Positions 13,914 through 56,352 of a stretch of 64,000 nt of DNA are shown piece after piece (within the stretch, counting starts at the first letter, position 1; every line of letters begins with the position of its first letter). A program made the position numbers and the translations under genes. Under the pieces are notes generated by a model. That model made no database searches. It worked only from the letters and a program-made list of their open reading frames with translations, and had not been told where the DNA came from. This DNA comes from Eledone cirrhosa (taxonomy: Eukaryota), in contig OZ024754.1 of the NCBI GenBank assembly GCA_964016885.1, forward strand, positions 28,148,001 through 28,212,000, read 5' to 3'.

Positions 13914-13914
<1 letters not shown>
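11402..13914 (-). mobile_element. 5'-truncated Dong/R4-clade LINE, second family, frame intact over about 810 aa, in (TAA)n
   Basis: ORF 11485-13992 (N-terminus is microsatellite-derived): [43 protein letters not shown]. Confidence 0.93.
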
Positions 13915-13965
<51 letters not shown>

Positions 13966-13966
<1 letters not shown>

Positions 13967-14457
13967 GTTGTTATTCCTTGAATCTCAGTCATTGATGTTG
14001 GTTAACTGGAAAGTCCGTTGGAATGAATATCAAGCCACTACCTGCAGCCTCAGATATTCAGGACGTATCGGAGGGTTCTTGCTGTTCCAAGCAAGCATGC
14101 CTTTTGAAGCGTTCCAAAAAGCGTGAAGGGGCCGATTTTCTTTAACCATCCCTGGAAACTTTTGGAGATAGTCCCCAGTGCGCCTATGACAATCGGGATC
14201 ACTTAGACTTCATGGCAGTTCCAAATCCTTTTCACCTCCCACTTTAGGTCCTGGTATCGGTTAATTTTCTCCCTCTCCTTCTCTTGCACTCTCGTGTCGA
14301 AAGGGCAGGCCACATCCACAATCAGACACGATCTTTTTTCTTTGTCCACAACCACCAGGTCAGGTCTATTGTGTTCCAGTTTTTTGTCCGTCTGTATCCT
14401 AAAATCCCACAGCACCTTCACCTGATTGTTTTCCATCACCGCCTCTGGCCTATGCTC
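13966..14457 (-). mobile_element. Short 3' copy of the second Dong family
   Basis: Near-identical to 11402-11893; (TTA)n on both sides. Confidence 0.9.
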
Positions 14458-14476
14458 ATTATTATTATTATTATTA

Positions 14477-14579
<103 letters not shown>

Positions 14580-14588
14580 CATGTATAT

Positions 14589-14651
<63 letters not shown>

Positions 14652-14674
14652 CATACATACATATATATATATAC

Positions 14675-14711
<37 letters not shown>

Positions 14712-14738
14712 AAATGTGGAGAGGAAGCACACGAGTTA

Positions 14739-14795
<57 letters not shown>

Positions 14796-15039
14796 AACAT
14801 ACAACCCAATATTACCAACAAACACCAAATGAAATATACACACCTAAATGCCACTCACACTATACCCAAAAATACCAACATAAAACTTAATTTCTCTAAC
14901 TCTTCTAATATACAATATAGTAACTTTCAAAAAACCATTCATCCTAATATTCCAATATATGTTAACAACAAAATTCCTAATAAACAGGCTTAAACACCTA
15001 AATCAATGAATCTAACTAAAAATATGTGTAATAAAATCA

Positions 15040-15900
15040 CTAATACTAATTCTCTTAATAAACATTAGGATACATCCTATAAAAATAAAAATAATGAACA
15101 ACATCGAAACCGTAATAGACGAGTTACTTGGTATAATGCTCCATTTAATCTACAAATTAAAGATAATATACCTAAAAATTGTTTACTATCCTAGAGAAAA
15201 ACTTCCCGCCAAACCATAAATACCATCAAATTTTAAATAGATCAACGGTTAAATTCTCCTACTCAACAACCAAAAATATACAACAAAATATAAGTGCCTA
15301 TAATGCATATACATGTAAAAAAAAAACATGAATATACCACCAATACATCAAACTAACCATAATACTAAAATGAACCACAGCAAACCACCATCTCATTCAC
15401 ATACAACAAGTCGAGAAAATTCCACACCTAATTTGACTATCTCCTCTGATACAACATTCACGAAAGGTTGTAACTGTAGAAACAAAGCAAATTGCCCATT
15501 AAAAGGAAATTGCCTTATTAATAACATAGTATATAAATGTAAAATTAACACTAAGGACTCAACTTATTCATATATAGGAGCTACTTCTAACCAATTTAAA
15601 GTAAGATTTAATACCCACAAACACAGTTTTTAAAATGCCGCATTAGCTAATACAACATCCTTAGTTGAAATAATTAATAATTATAGAAAAAAGAATATAG
15701 ATTATAACCTGACCTGGAGTGTGCTCAAAAGGGCCACCCCTGATCAAAATAATAGATATGAATGTAGATTATGTTCCCAGGAACTTTTTGAAATAATGAA
15801 ATCTAAGGATATCCTATTAAATAAGCGACAGGAATTAATTATATCATGTAATCATAAAATGAGAAGAACTTTTAAATATTATAAACCTAATTAATATACA
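15040..15900 (+). mobile_element. Degenerate Naiad-type PLE fragment (RT thumb, Cys finger, GIY-YIG)
   Basis: WYNAPF, NFPPNHKY, GCNCRNKANCPLKGNC, IVYKC..YIGAT..FKVR..HKHSF, CRLC..LLNKR; stops and frameshifts. Confidence 0.82.
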
Positions 15901-16538
15901 CTTTACAAATTATTATAATAACACTTTTTTTAAATTAGTTAACCTATAATTAATATTCTACTACTAATGAACTGCATAATTTTATTTCCCTTTTACAGCT
16001 ATCTTTTCCTAAAATTTATACCAATAAGTATACATATAAACTATTTTAATTACAGGCTATGAATCTATATTCCTTATAATCTATATAAATTTGTTATTTC
16101 TCACTAATACATTTACCCCCCCCCCCCCCCACCCCCAATAATTATTATTATTATATTTTTATTTTCTCTTCGTTTTTAACAGCATTCTTCAATTAGATCT
16201 AACTCTTATTTATCATATCTATATGAATTAATATAAATTTATCAATATAAATATACCTATCAATTTAATTAATTTATTTTCTTTTTATAGATGTAAATTC
16301 CTTATGTTTTAAATAAGATTGATATTTTTCACTAACACATTTATCGAAAAATTTTATTCTCCTTAGACACTACCGTAAATTTTGGTAGATTTATCTACAT
16401 ATATATATATATATATATATATGTAGATAAATCTACCATAATTTACGGTAGCGTCCAATCCGTATGAAGAACTCAATGTAATCCAAGTATCATGAAAAGA
16501 GATGTATTCAAAAAAAATTTTTTATTTTTCGATGAAAA

Positions 16539-16600
<62 letters not shown>

Positions 16601-17194
16601 ACAGGGAGAAAGAGACGATTATTAGGAAGAAAAATATTTTTTTTTCCTTTTTTATTTATTTCTCTCTCTTTTCTGGGTTAGAAAATGACTAAAACGAAAT
16701 ATTTTACTTTGTGTGAAGTGTTAAGGTATTAGTTGATTTATTTATTAATTAACAATGCCATTTATTTATCTATTTGTATATGTAATAATTGTCAATTACC
16801 GGTTTCAGCATTTTTATGCATTATCAAATGATAGTGATATGTATTGGTGTAGAATAGTGGTGTTGCACTTGTTAAAGAAATTGTGCAGAAAGAATAATGT
16901 TATTTACAAACAAGGTTTATGAAGTGAAAAGAAAAAAGAAAAAAGAAAAAAGAAAAAAGAAAAAAGAAAAAAGAAAAAAGAAAAAAGAAAAAAAGGGGCG
17001 TAATATATATATATTAGAGCAAACATCACGGGCGCTCTATCTCAAAATTATTTTTGAAAAGCATTAGAAATGCGCAACCGGTAAAACTTAAAACCAAAAC
17101 TGAATACTAACCAATACTATTACTAATTTTTACTTATTCCTAATTAAACTATTTTTCACTGGGAACAATTTGTCAGAATTTTCTTTTCCTTTTA

Positions 17195-17231
<37 letters not shown>

Positions 17232-17489
17232 TTAGCTGAGTGGTTAGAGCTTTGGGCTCGCAATCAGGAGGTTTTGCGTCCTTGAGCAAGACACTTTATT
17301 TCACGTTGCTCCTGTTTACTCAGCTGTAGAAATTAATTGTGACGTCACTGGTGCTAAGCTGTATCAGCCATTGCCTTTCCCTTGGACATCATTGGTGGCG
17401 TAGAGAGGGTAAATGATAAAGACCTCCATTGGTCACGACTGACCATGAGATATACACATAGAAATTTACACACACACACGCACGCGCAC

Positions 17490-17601
<112 letters not shown>

Positions 17602-18257
17602 GGTGCTTTTAATCAGAAACCATGATCATTGTTGTTGTTGTCAACGTCTTTGATGTTATTGTAAACATTTAAAGGTCGACGTATTTATTTACACTATTTT
17701 ACGTTCTAGTTTCAAATCTTCTTCTTCTTCTTCTTCTTCTTCTTCTTCTTCTTCTTCTTCTTCTTCTTCTTCTTGGGGAGTGATGCTAGAACTGTGAAAT
17801 CTTGCTTGCATTAATTTCAACTCATCTTGTTAACAACTGCATTTCAGGGACTATGTTGAAAAATTAACCTCGTTTCGTCATTCCATGAGAGTATCTTGGT
17901 CTGCCTAAGAACCTTTCAGCCAAACCCTGTATGTATTAATTGTTCTGTTAATTTATTAACATGCTATTTTAATGAGCTTCTTTCTGGCAAGCGGAAGAGA
18001 CAGTGCGCATGATCTTCGTAGACCGTCCAAATCTAAATAACCCCTAGTGATAGACGTTTAGTCGGATCATAAAATATTTTATATAACATATCTCGTTCCA
18101 TGGATTGACTTTTCTGCCTACTTGGATATTTCTTGTGAAATTCAACTATATATATATATATATATATATATGTAGGAGGTGAGTTTTATTGTAGTACAAT
18201 AAAGCAATGCAGATATCAGATAAGAAACACTCTACAGTTTGTAGGACTGGAGTATAC

Positions 18258-18594
18258 ATAATATATAAGATCAAAAGATGGTTAAAGGAGTTCCATGTAT
18301 TTTATTATGCGCATTTCAAAAACAAACATCATCATGCAATAATATTTGTGTTTTCATCAGATAAAACAGGAGAACATGATATGAAGGCTAAAAAAACACT
18401 TGTGGATAGTGCAGTTTTAAATCAACATATGATATGTTGATTTAAAACTGCACTATCCACAAGTGTTTTTTTAGCCTTCATATCATGTTCTCCTGTTTTA
18501 TCTGATGAAAACACAAATATTATTGCATGATGATGTTTGTTTTTGAAATGCGCATAATAAAATACATGGAACTCCTTTAACCATCTTTTGATCT

Positions 18595-18604
<10 letters not shown>
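18258..18604. repeat. Palindrome with 173-bp arms and a 1-nt spacer at 18431, between (TA)n tracts
   Basis: 18258-18430 reads as the reverse complement of 18432-18604; no mismatch seen by eye. Confidence 0.93.
18496..18562 (+). ncRNA. Type I hammerhead ribozyme motif (mirror copy 18300-18366, minus strand)
   Basis: ttttat-CTGATGA-long stem II-GAAA-tgcgca-TA-ataaaa: 6-bp stem I, canonical core, palindromic stem III. Confidence 0.82.
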
Positions 18605-18683
<79 letters not shown>

Positions 18684-18719
18684 TACTTGGGGGGGGGGGG
18701 TCATATTGTTATAATATTG

Positions 18720-19825
18720 GCAGAAATAATAACAGAACACACTCACTGTTATATATACATATATTATAAAGAATCATACTCTGCTATCCCAAGTATCGAG
18801 TACTCTGTTGAGTAATGGACAAACTAGTTTAAAACTAGTTCTATCCTTATAGAACTTGAACAGAAAAACAGGGAAACATAATGGTGTAATAAAGTTTACG
18901 TTGTTAATGCGTTGATATGTCAAGATCTGAAATGTGGTTTTGTTAAATCAAAGAGCTGGTGGCATATGAACTAAAATGAAGGAACTCTAGCATCAGAAAG
19001 GTATACTCTCCTCTCATTGGTCAAATACTATCCTAACAGGTCAGTTGTCCTTGAAGCAAGTCAACCTGCTAGAGTTGATTTTAACAATCAACTATAATTG
19101 TTTCTACTTTTTGGCACAAGGCCAGCAAAAACCCAGTACATTACTGGTACTTTATTTTATCGAACCCGTAAGGATGAAAGGCAAAGTTAACCTCGGCGGG
19201 ATTTGAACTCAAATCATAAAGGGACATAACTATGCTAGAAAGCATCGCGTCTGACACTCTACCGATACTGCAAATTAACCGCCAATTCAACACAATCAGC
19301 TATAATAACTGCATGTAGGGGCGATTTGTTCCAGTTGGCCTATTTTACTATAGTGGTTATGGTGTAAACATGTTAGCCATTATCTCTCTTTTGCGGTAGT
19401 ATTTTAGTTGCTATTGAAGAAATCATGCGAGTAACCCGATATGGGTACAACTGGGAGCGTCAGTGTTTACCCATATCCTGATAGTAGGAGATGTTAGAAT
19501 TATAACTGTAGGCGTTAAAACATATACACGTAAAAATTTACAAGTGTTCTTTGAATTAACAACACCACATTTCGGATCTTGGCATATCAACGAATTAACA
19601 AAATAAACTTTATTCCGCCATTATGTTTTTCTGTTCAAGTTCTAGCTGCCTGGTGAGGTCATAACCATTGAATAATGACTATCACCGAAATATATATTGC
19701 AGCGAATATGAATAAACGAAGTTAACTTTAACCTGTTGACTTTCACTTCTTGTTTTAAATTACTCCGGTGGAAACAAACTCACCTGCATACTGAAGTGAC
19801 GGTAAACAACCAACACTCAAATGTA
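18720..19825 (+). mobile_element. ORF-less PLE-derived element with partial inverted terminal repeat and hammerhead; SINE inserted at about 19095-19285
   Basis: 18850-18950 is inverted relative to 19555-19645; homologous to 47347-48705; TA-rich flanks. Confidence 0.65.
19645..19703 (+). ncRNA. Hammerhead motif, core-mutated (CTGGTGA)
   Basis: gctgc-CTGGTGA-stem II-GAAA-tatata-TT-gcagc; paralogues at 48503-48561 (+) and 47399-47457 (-). Confidence 0.65.
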
Positions 19826-20386
19826 TATACATATATATATAGTTTAGTTGAATTTAATTTTTCACTATAGAACTATTTTTCAGAATGGACTCAATTCTCC
19901 CACACAGTTTCTATAACCTCCCTTGTTCATCTCACTCATTCTCTTTTTATTTCATCTTTTATTTCTTATTCTATCTACTGATGAAGGACTAGTGTCCGAA
20001 ATGTTAAAACTCTTTTCCTACAATATCAAACGTTAAACTAATATATTTCCTCATTGTTCTCTGTTATATACATATACATACATATATATACCACATATAT
20101 ATTACAACGCCTCTTCAACTCGGTATCGTTCCCACATCTTTCCTAATTTCAAATTCTTTTCTTGGTATACTGTAATAAAACGTTCTACTCAAAACGTCAG
20201 ATCTCTTCTCTCTCTATTCGACGTAGCATTGTCTCTGTTCAAACATTGTTCTTTCCTTTGTGTATACATTATATCAACGACGTGTCTTTTTTGTGTGGTG
20301 GTAGGGTGGGGGTTATTTCTTTTTGGTTACACTTTAATAAAGTTTCGATTTAAATCTTTGCTCATCCCTCCTGTTTCATCGTGACC

Positions 20387-20463
<77 letters not shown>

Positions 20464-21382
20464 GTGCGTGCGTGCGTGTGTGCGTGTGCGTGTGTGTGTG
20501 CGTGTGTGTGCGTGTGTGTGTGCGTGTGTGTGCGTGTGTGTGTGCGCGCGTGTGTGTGTGTGTGTATATTTATTTATATATATATTTATATACATGAATA
20601 CATACATACATGTTATATATATATATATGCATGTACCTATGTATGAATAATGAAATAATTGCATGAGAATGATTAAGATATGCAGATACACGATGTATAT
20701 CTCATTATCCATTGTCCTATTTCTGTAGCTTACATACATTACGTAAGATACAGAAAAGACAGAAATAATGTAATGGCTGCCATAATATGTAACTGGAAGA
20801 TATGATAGCAGACCTCAGATACTACAGACGGGTTTCTATCTATCTAGTCGTGATTTGGCATAAGACGTTTTCGAATATAATTTGTTTGAATATTTATTCA
20901 AAACGTTTTATTTGGTTGAAAGATTTGTGATGTGTAGTGTGGTGTGGCGTGGCGTAGAACATTGTGACAATAGGTGTCTCACTTCCGTTATATCTGTATT
21001 TGAGATTGTGGTTTGGCAGAGTTATTAGAGCAGAATTGATCAGTTTTATTTTGACTACTGCCTCCTTTAAATGGATATATTTCACCAGCGATACCACCAT
21101 ACTTATGAAGTCAGCAGCCAGCTGTTCAAGGCTCTCCTTCAAACGTACGAATACACTTTCACGTGCACATACACACCAATATACGCACGCTTACTCATTA
21201 GACATTAGTTGTCGCCTTTTATAAACCTCTCTCACGCCGAAGATACCATTTCACCAGCCACTCTCCAAAATGACTGAGTGAATACGCATGGGTGTTTTTT
21301 ATCCCCATTTTTTTTTCTAATTTTCCCCATCCCTTCCTCTTATCACTCTTTACTTTCTATTTATCTTCTATTTCTAACTCTA

Positions 21383-21418
21383 TCTTCTGATGAAGGACTA
21401 ATGTCCGAAACGTTAAGA
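21383..21418 (+). ncRNA. Minimal hammerhead motif (family copies at 19974-20009 + and 53341-53376 -)
   Basis: tctt-CTGATGA-a-ggac taat gtcc-GAAA-cg-TT-aaga. Confidence 0.72.
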
Positions 21419-21592
21419 CTCTCTTCCTGCTATTTCAAGCGTTAAACTAATATATTTCTTCTATGTACTGTGCCGTTTGTTTTGTAATTTTTGTTATTTC
21501 TGTTTACCTTTTACATACATGCATAAATACATACATATACATACATGCATACATACATAAATACATACATACATGCATAAATAAATACATAC

Positions 21593-21623
<31 letters not shown>

Positions 21624-21659
21624 CATACATACATACATACATACATACATACATACATA

Positions 21660-22724
21660 AAAAAATTGACCAATTTACAGAAAAAGTTGTTCACGGATAC
21701 TTGAGACGTAAAACCATAAAGGGATAAACCACTCAAAAAGCCTGGCATGGAGTTCCGACAAGTTTATGACATCACACATTGAGGGATATCTCTCTGCAAT
21801 ACAGGAACAAGAAATCCCTACCAAATATCTGCTGCACAAAAGAGGAGGGCCATCAGCTGACAATAAATGCAGGCTATGTAAAACAAAGATCGAAGATGTA
21901 AGCCACATTGTTGCCAGCTGCGAAAGAATGTCATCTCGCTACTACCTCCCCATGAGACACGATGTGATAGCTAGAACCATCTGGAACGCACTTCGGAAAA
22001 CAAAATTGAAAACAAACGAGGAAGAATATATTGAGACAGATGGCACTAAGGAATACTGGTAGAACCTGAAAATAAAAACGGCCACCAAATTAAAGCACAA
22101 CCGGCCTGATATTGTTGTTTGGGACCACACATTGAAAACGTGTTCTGTTGTGGAGATCACCTGCCCACTTGATGTAAACGTTGTCAGAAAAATACAGGAG
22201 AAGGAGGACATCTACGGACCATTGATGAGAAGTTTACAAATCCAGTATCCAAGATACACCTTTAGCTTCTTACCCATCATTATTGGAGCTACGGGCGGTG
22301 GATTGGCAGTATCGGTAGAGGGTCGGACGCCATGCTTTCCAGCATAGTTATGTCCCTTTACGATCTGAGTTCAAATCCCGCCGAGGTTGACTTTGCCTTT
22401 CATCCTTACGGGGTCGATAAAATAAAGTACCAGTAATGCACTGGGTAATTGGCTGGCCTTGTGCCTAAAGTAGAAACAATTATTGGAGCTACGGGTTATA
22501 TACCAACCCACTTGGACCAATGTATAACTGAACTTGGATTTGCAGACAAAGAGCGCAGCTCCCTAATTCATAGTCGACAAATGGCTGCGATAGCTGGCAC
22601 CTTCAAAATTTGCAAAACATTCTTGCGATTCAAGAGATGACAATTTCTTTTCTTTTACAACCTTGCCACCAGGAAGGTGGCCGGTCAAAAATATACTCGA
22701 AATTAAGAGAAAGAGATAATAAAA
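21660..22724 (+). mobile_element. Second copy of the (TACA)n-associated R4-like LINE, interrupted by a SINE
   Basis: Highly similar to 101-945; TGG>TAG stop near 22060; (TACA)n flanks. Confidence 0.88.
22294..22484 (+). mobile_element. Full-length tRNA-derived SINE with a Meta-domain-like core; 17-bp TSD
   Basis: A-box TGGCAGTATCGG, B-box GTTCAAATCC, core gcctttcatccttacggggtcgataaaataaagtaccag; TSD attattggagctacggg at 22279-22295 and 22479-22495; empty site visible near 703-719. Confidence 0.92.
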
Positions 22725-22734
22725 ACATACATAC

Positions 22735-23950
22735 ATGATGGCTGCCCCCTCGTTATCGAGTATGGCGATTGCACGATATACCATTATTAATAATTATTAA
22801 TTAATTCTATCGTGTAATGCCTGTGCGTGAAGATATTTATTAAAGTGAGGAAAGACTGTGCACTGAGCCAATCCACCTCTCTGAGCGACAGTAACTATAA
22901 ACTGAAAAGAAGAAAAGATCAACATCATCGGTAACTACTGAGCCGCAGGTTTTATATCGGAGTTATCCCAGTTTCCTGAGTTGCTTTCTCCTAGAAGAAT
23001 GCCCTGACAAAGGCTAGGGGTCCTTCACTCCCAGTGGTTTAACCGCGCGGTACATGTGTATATACATATTTACACACTTTTGGATGACCGTTAACTCTTA
23101 TGAGTTCTTCCGCCCTTTGTCAGGTTTTGTTTTTTGTCCTGCAGGATGTCCAAAATCACCCTCCTCACCAAGTAAACTTGGTGGGGTTGCCGGTTTAGTC
23201 GCCGACGACCCGACCATTTCCGTCTTATAGTGATTCTTCATTGTCATCCTATCTGCATCCTTGTAGATTGATTTGTAGCCCAGCTGTAGATCTGCGTGAT
23301 TTACGACATAGGCAACAGAAGAGAGCTGTGCTTTCCACAGGACCGGTGGGGTCACCCTGTGGGGCGCAGTCTTTATGCATCATCATACATACATGATGGC
23401 TGGCCCCTCGTTATCGAGTATGGTCATCGCACAATATAGCATTATTAATAATTATTAATTAATTCTATTGTGCAATGCTTGTGCGTGAAGATTTTTTTTA
23501 AAGTGAGGAAAGACTGTGCACTGAGCCAATCCCACTCTCTGAGCGACAGTAACTATAAACTGAAAAGAAGAAAAGATCAACATCATCGGTAACTACTGAG
23601 CCGCAGGTTTTATGTCGGAGTTATCCCAGTTCCCTGAGTTGCCTTCTCCTAGAAGAATGCCCTGACAAAGGCTAGGGGTCCTTCACCCCCAGTGGTTTAA
23701 CCACGCGATCGGGTATCCAGCCCCACTATTTCTACGTCCCCGCGCATATACATACACATGCACATGTGCATATATATATATACATATACCTACTTATGTA
23801 CATGTGTATATACATATTTACACATTTTTGGATAGCAGTTGACTCTTATGAGTTCTTCCGCCCTTTGTCAGGTTTTTGTTTTTGTCCTGCAGGGTGTCCA
23901 AAATCACCCTCCTCACCATTTCGAGTACAAAAAAAATCACCCTCCTTACC
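22735..23950 (-). mobile_element. Two tandem non-autonomous RTE-derived elements with (TATG)n tails
   Basis: 22735-23170 is repeated at 23395-23917; the minus strand has an RTE-like 5'UTR segment (ctaggagaaagcaactc) and 3' hairpin ctcgataacgag before the tail; no ORF. RTE origin is inferred from remembered motifs. Confidence 0.6.
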
Positions 23951-23969
23951 ATGCATACATACATACATA

Positions 23970-24336
23970 CATTGAAAGCGGGCTCTGTTGTAGAGATCAG
24001 CTGCCACTTGATGTCAACGTTGCAAGAAAAATACAGAAGGAGGACATCTAGGGACCATTAATGAGGAGTTAGCAGATCCAGTATCCAAGATACACTTTCA
24101 GCTTCATACCCATCATTATTGGAGCTACAGGATATATACCAACCCACTTTAACCAAAATATGACTAAACTTGGATTTGTGGACAAAAACGCGCAGCTCCC
24201 TAATTCATAGACTCCAAATGGCTCCGATAGCTGGCACATTCAAAATTTGCAAAACATTCTTGCAATTCAAGGGATAACAATTTCTTCCAGGAAGGTGGCC
24301 GGTCAAAAATGTACTCTAAATTAAGAGAAAGAGAAA
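23970..24336 (+). mobile_element. Third, shorter copy of the (TACA)n-associated R4-like LINE 3' end
   Basis: Similar to 555-945; (TACA)n on both sides. Confidence 0.85.
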
Positions 24337-24350
24337 CATACGTACGTACA

Positions 24351-24381
<31 letters not shown>

Positions 24382-24465
24382 TGGTAAAACTGTGAAATTA
24401 TAAAACCAGAACATACATACATACATACATACATACATACATACATACATACATACATACATACA

Positions 24466-24496
<31 letters not shown>

Positions 24497-24508
24497 TCTC
24501 AGTGCGGA

Positions 24509-24547
24509 TTTATTTAAAAGCTTTCTTGGAAAAAGTTTTTGTTTATT
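24509..24547 (-). terminator. Candidate polyadenylation signals of the SLC22 gene
   Basis: Two minus-strand AATAAA (24542-24547, 24509-24514), 65-100 nt after the stop; weak evidence in AT-rich DNA. Confidence 0.35.
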
Positions 24548-24610
24548 TTTTTAATCAGTTATATATCGATTATTTCTGAAATTTGATTTTTTAAAAAGTC
24601 GTACAGGGTG

Positions 24611-53738
<29,128 letters not shown>

Positions 53739-53889
53739 CTAAAAAATATAAACAAACATTCAGTTAATAAAAATACACACATCTTCTTAAATGCTTTTCA
53801 TGTTTTATGTTATATCGTGTGTTTCATAATATCTTCTTCTTCTTCTTCTTCTTCTTCTTCTTCTTCTTCTTTTTTTTTTTTCTTCTTCT

Positions 53890-54250
53890 ATGTGAGGTTC
53901 GTAGGGGTTGAGTCCTTAAAAACTCCTTCCAGTGGGTCCTGGCAGAAACAACTATTTCTAATTGACCCGGTTGGATCTCCAAGCGAGACTAAGCAAGCTC
54001 GTGTATGTTATCCAACCACCATGCTCAGGATCTACCCCTGGATCTCCTGGCGGTTGGTTTTGTCCGTAAAATCTGTCCAGCGATTCTTTCCTGAGACATT
54101 CTAACCACATAACCGTAATATCGGGATCCCTCAATTCGAAGAAGAAGCGGTTCTCTCTGATCTTCGAGCTCCCCACTCTATCGAGTAACGTTACTCCAAA
54201 GACCCTTTGGAGGAACCCCATTTCGGGCGCTTGTGTTCACGGTCGTATTC
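53890..54250 (-). mobile_element. Degenerate RTE-type LINE 3' end with (GAA)n tail
   Basis: EMGFLQRVFGVTLLDRVGSSKIRE; similar to 26471-26720. Confidence 0.68.
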
Positions 54251-54871
54251 CGACACGTGTAATATAGTTAAAAGTATATCGTGAATTTACAGTAAAAGAG
54301 AAAAAATATAATAAAATAAAGATGAATAAGAAACTGGGATATGGTACAAATTGAAGTTGTCAGGTTGACATTCTGCGGAAGTGAAAAAGATATTTCGGAG
54401 TTACGGAAGACATTTCGGGGTATGTCCTTTTTCGGAAAATGGAGAAAGGAAGGAAAGATGATGAAAAAGGTTTTAAAGAATGTTGAGACAAATCACCACA
54501 GGTAAACGGAAGGATTATATAGAAACGAATTGATAAATCCTTTTGTGACCATATTTATGATGAAAGATACTGCCAATGTGTTTCAAATAATTTATTTTAA
54601 TCGGAGGACTTTAGTAATTTCATTGTTACGCTAACATTTGGAACATCTTTGAAAAATGTCTTACATAAAATTATAATGGAAGGGGGGGAACCTTTTTTAA
54701 AATTGACAGTTTTGTATTATAAAACCAGGGACGATTTCAGACAGGTTGGTATCAAATTTATTAAAAATATATCAGTACAAATTTTAGACGAAGGAAAAAT
54801 TGACAGGTTTATTTTGATAAAGAGTTTACACACATACGCACACACATACCTACATACATACATACATACAT

Positions 54872-54921
<50 letters not shown>

Positions 54922-55063
54922 GTACATACATATATCCACTTTCTCATTTATTTTGAAAGAAATGTGTACATGAGTGGGTGAGTTGACCTCTCTAACAGTA
55001 CATGTCACAAATAACTGTATGTATGTATGGATGTATGTATGTAAAATACATATGTGTGGTCGT

Positions 55064-55152
<89 letters not shown>

Positions 55153-56119
55153 AATAGAGTATTTGAATATATTTATTAAGTTGTAAACGAAATGTTATTT
55201 TACTCTAAATACCAGAAGTGTCCCAATGTCCTAAAACCCTATTAAAGCCGTCAAACTAGTAAAATAGCTACATCAATTCTTATCATAACAAAGAGCTGTC
55301 AGTATTATACGTCATATAGTCATTTTGAAAAATTGCTTTATTTTTTCAAGTTAGAAGGCTAAAGTTATAAATTAGATACTGACTGCTTTATTAGTTTTAT
55401 ACCAATCTAGCACTGGCGTCGATTCTTCCTCTAAATCCCTTTCTCACTTCCTCTCTCGCACTGTCTATCCTTCTCTGGAAGAAATCTGCAATGACCAGGC
55501 CTGCCTGAAGAGGAGATGGTAAAAAAATGCTCAAGAAACGCCATTTCGGCGCCCCTACAGCTTAATCAGGAGTTACGGGACCATACCATACCATACCATA
55601 CCATACTATACTATACCATGGTTTTAAAATAGAGGCATGCAAAGTGGTGAAGTGTTAGGGTCGTTAGAGGTCTCAGTTCAAATCACACTGGAGACAAACA
55701 TTGGCTGTAATCTTTTTGCTGCTTGAGTTTAATAAAGTATCTTTCTGGTACAGAGGAGTTGTGGAATAGATAGAAATTGAAAAAATACAAACGTAGCTTC
55801 TCGCGTAGTCCATTGTAAAAATGACTGATATATAGTAAATATTATTAACACATTTTATTTTTCTGAATCCCTTCAAGATATTCTTCAAAATTCCTCAGAG
55901 GAAACTTGAGTCTCTTTCTCAAGGAAGAATATTTTTTGTTTTGCTTTTGTTTCGCCATATCTGAAAATCAGATATTCTAAGAAAATATGTTTTCATTCAT
56001 GAAGACAAACATTCCTTCTTAAATGTCTTACATTTTGAAATTTTAAAAAGTATTTTAATTAATCTGTATATCAAATGTTTAAAGTTAGTTAAAGTCTGTT
56101 CTCAGCCGAACTCTCATCA

Positions 56120-56352
56120 GGCCGGTGCTTATTCCCGGTTTCCTTGGCGTTAAGTGACTGAGAGTACAAGGCTCTCCCTGAACAGGACGCGGTCTATCGC
56201 AGGATTAACTCCTCAACTACTACTGTTACTCACTCTTAGCTGAGTGCACTAGAGCAGCGTGAAATAAAATGTGTTACTCTAGAACACAACGCAGCACCTT
56301 ATCCGAGAATCGAACCGACGGCATTATGATCCTAAGTCCAACCATTAAGCCA
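56120..56352 (-). mobile_element. Second tRNA-derived SINE family (related fragment at about 17231-17410, plus strand)
   Basis: Minus strand tggcttaatggt (A-box), ggttcgattc (B-box), acattttatttcacgctgct..cactcagct shared with 17290-17326. Confidence 0.6.

Noticed and set aside
8269-13995. Plus-strand ORFs overlapping the Dong elements (and antisense ORFs over the Tx1 copies)
   Set aside because: Shadow frames of the retroelement coding strand with no recognisable motifs
20750-21230. ORFs 20894-21142 and 20964-21224 as a gene or PLE coding fragment
   Set aside because: No recognisable domain or splice pattern; probably repeat-derived but could not be assigned
22294-22385. tRNA-like A and B boxes
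   Set aside because: SINE head: many dispersed copies with a shared body and TSDs, no complete cloverleaf
55846-55962. Minus-strand tttcag followed by ATG (MAKQKQNKKY...) as a possible SLC22 first coding exon
   Set aside because: It stops after about 37 codons, has no transmembrane segment and no suitable phase-1 donor
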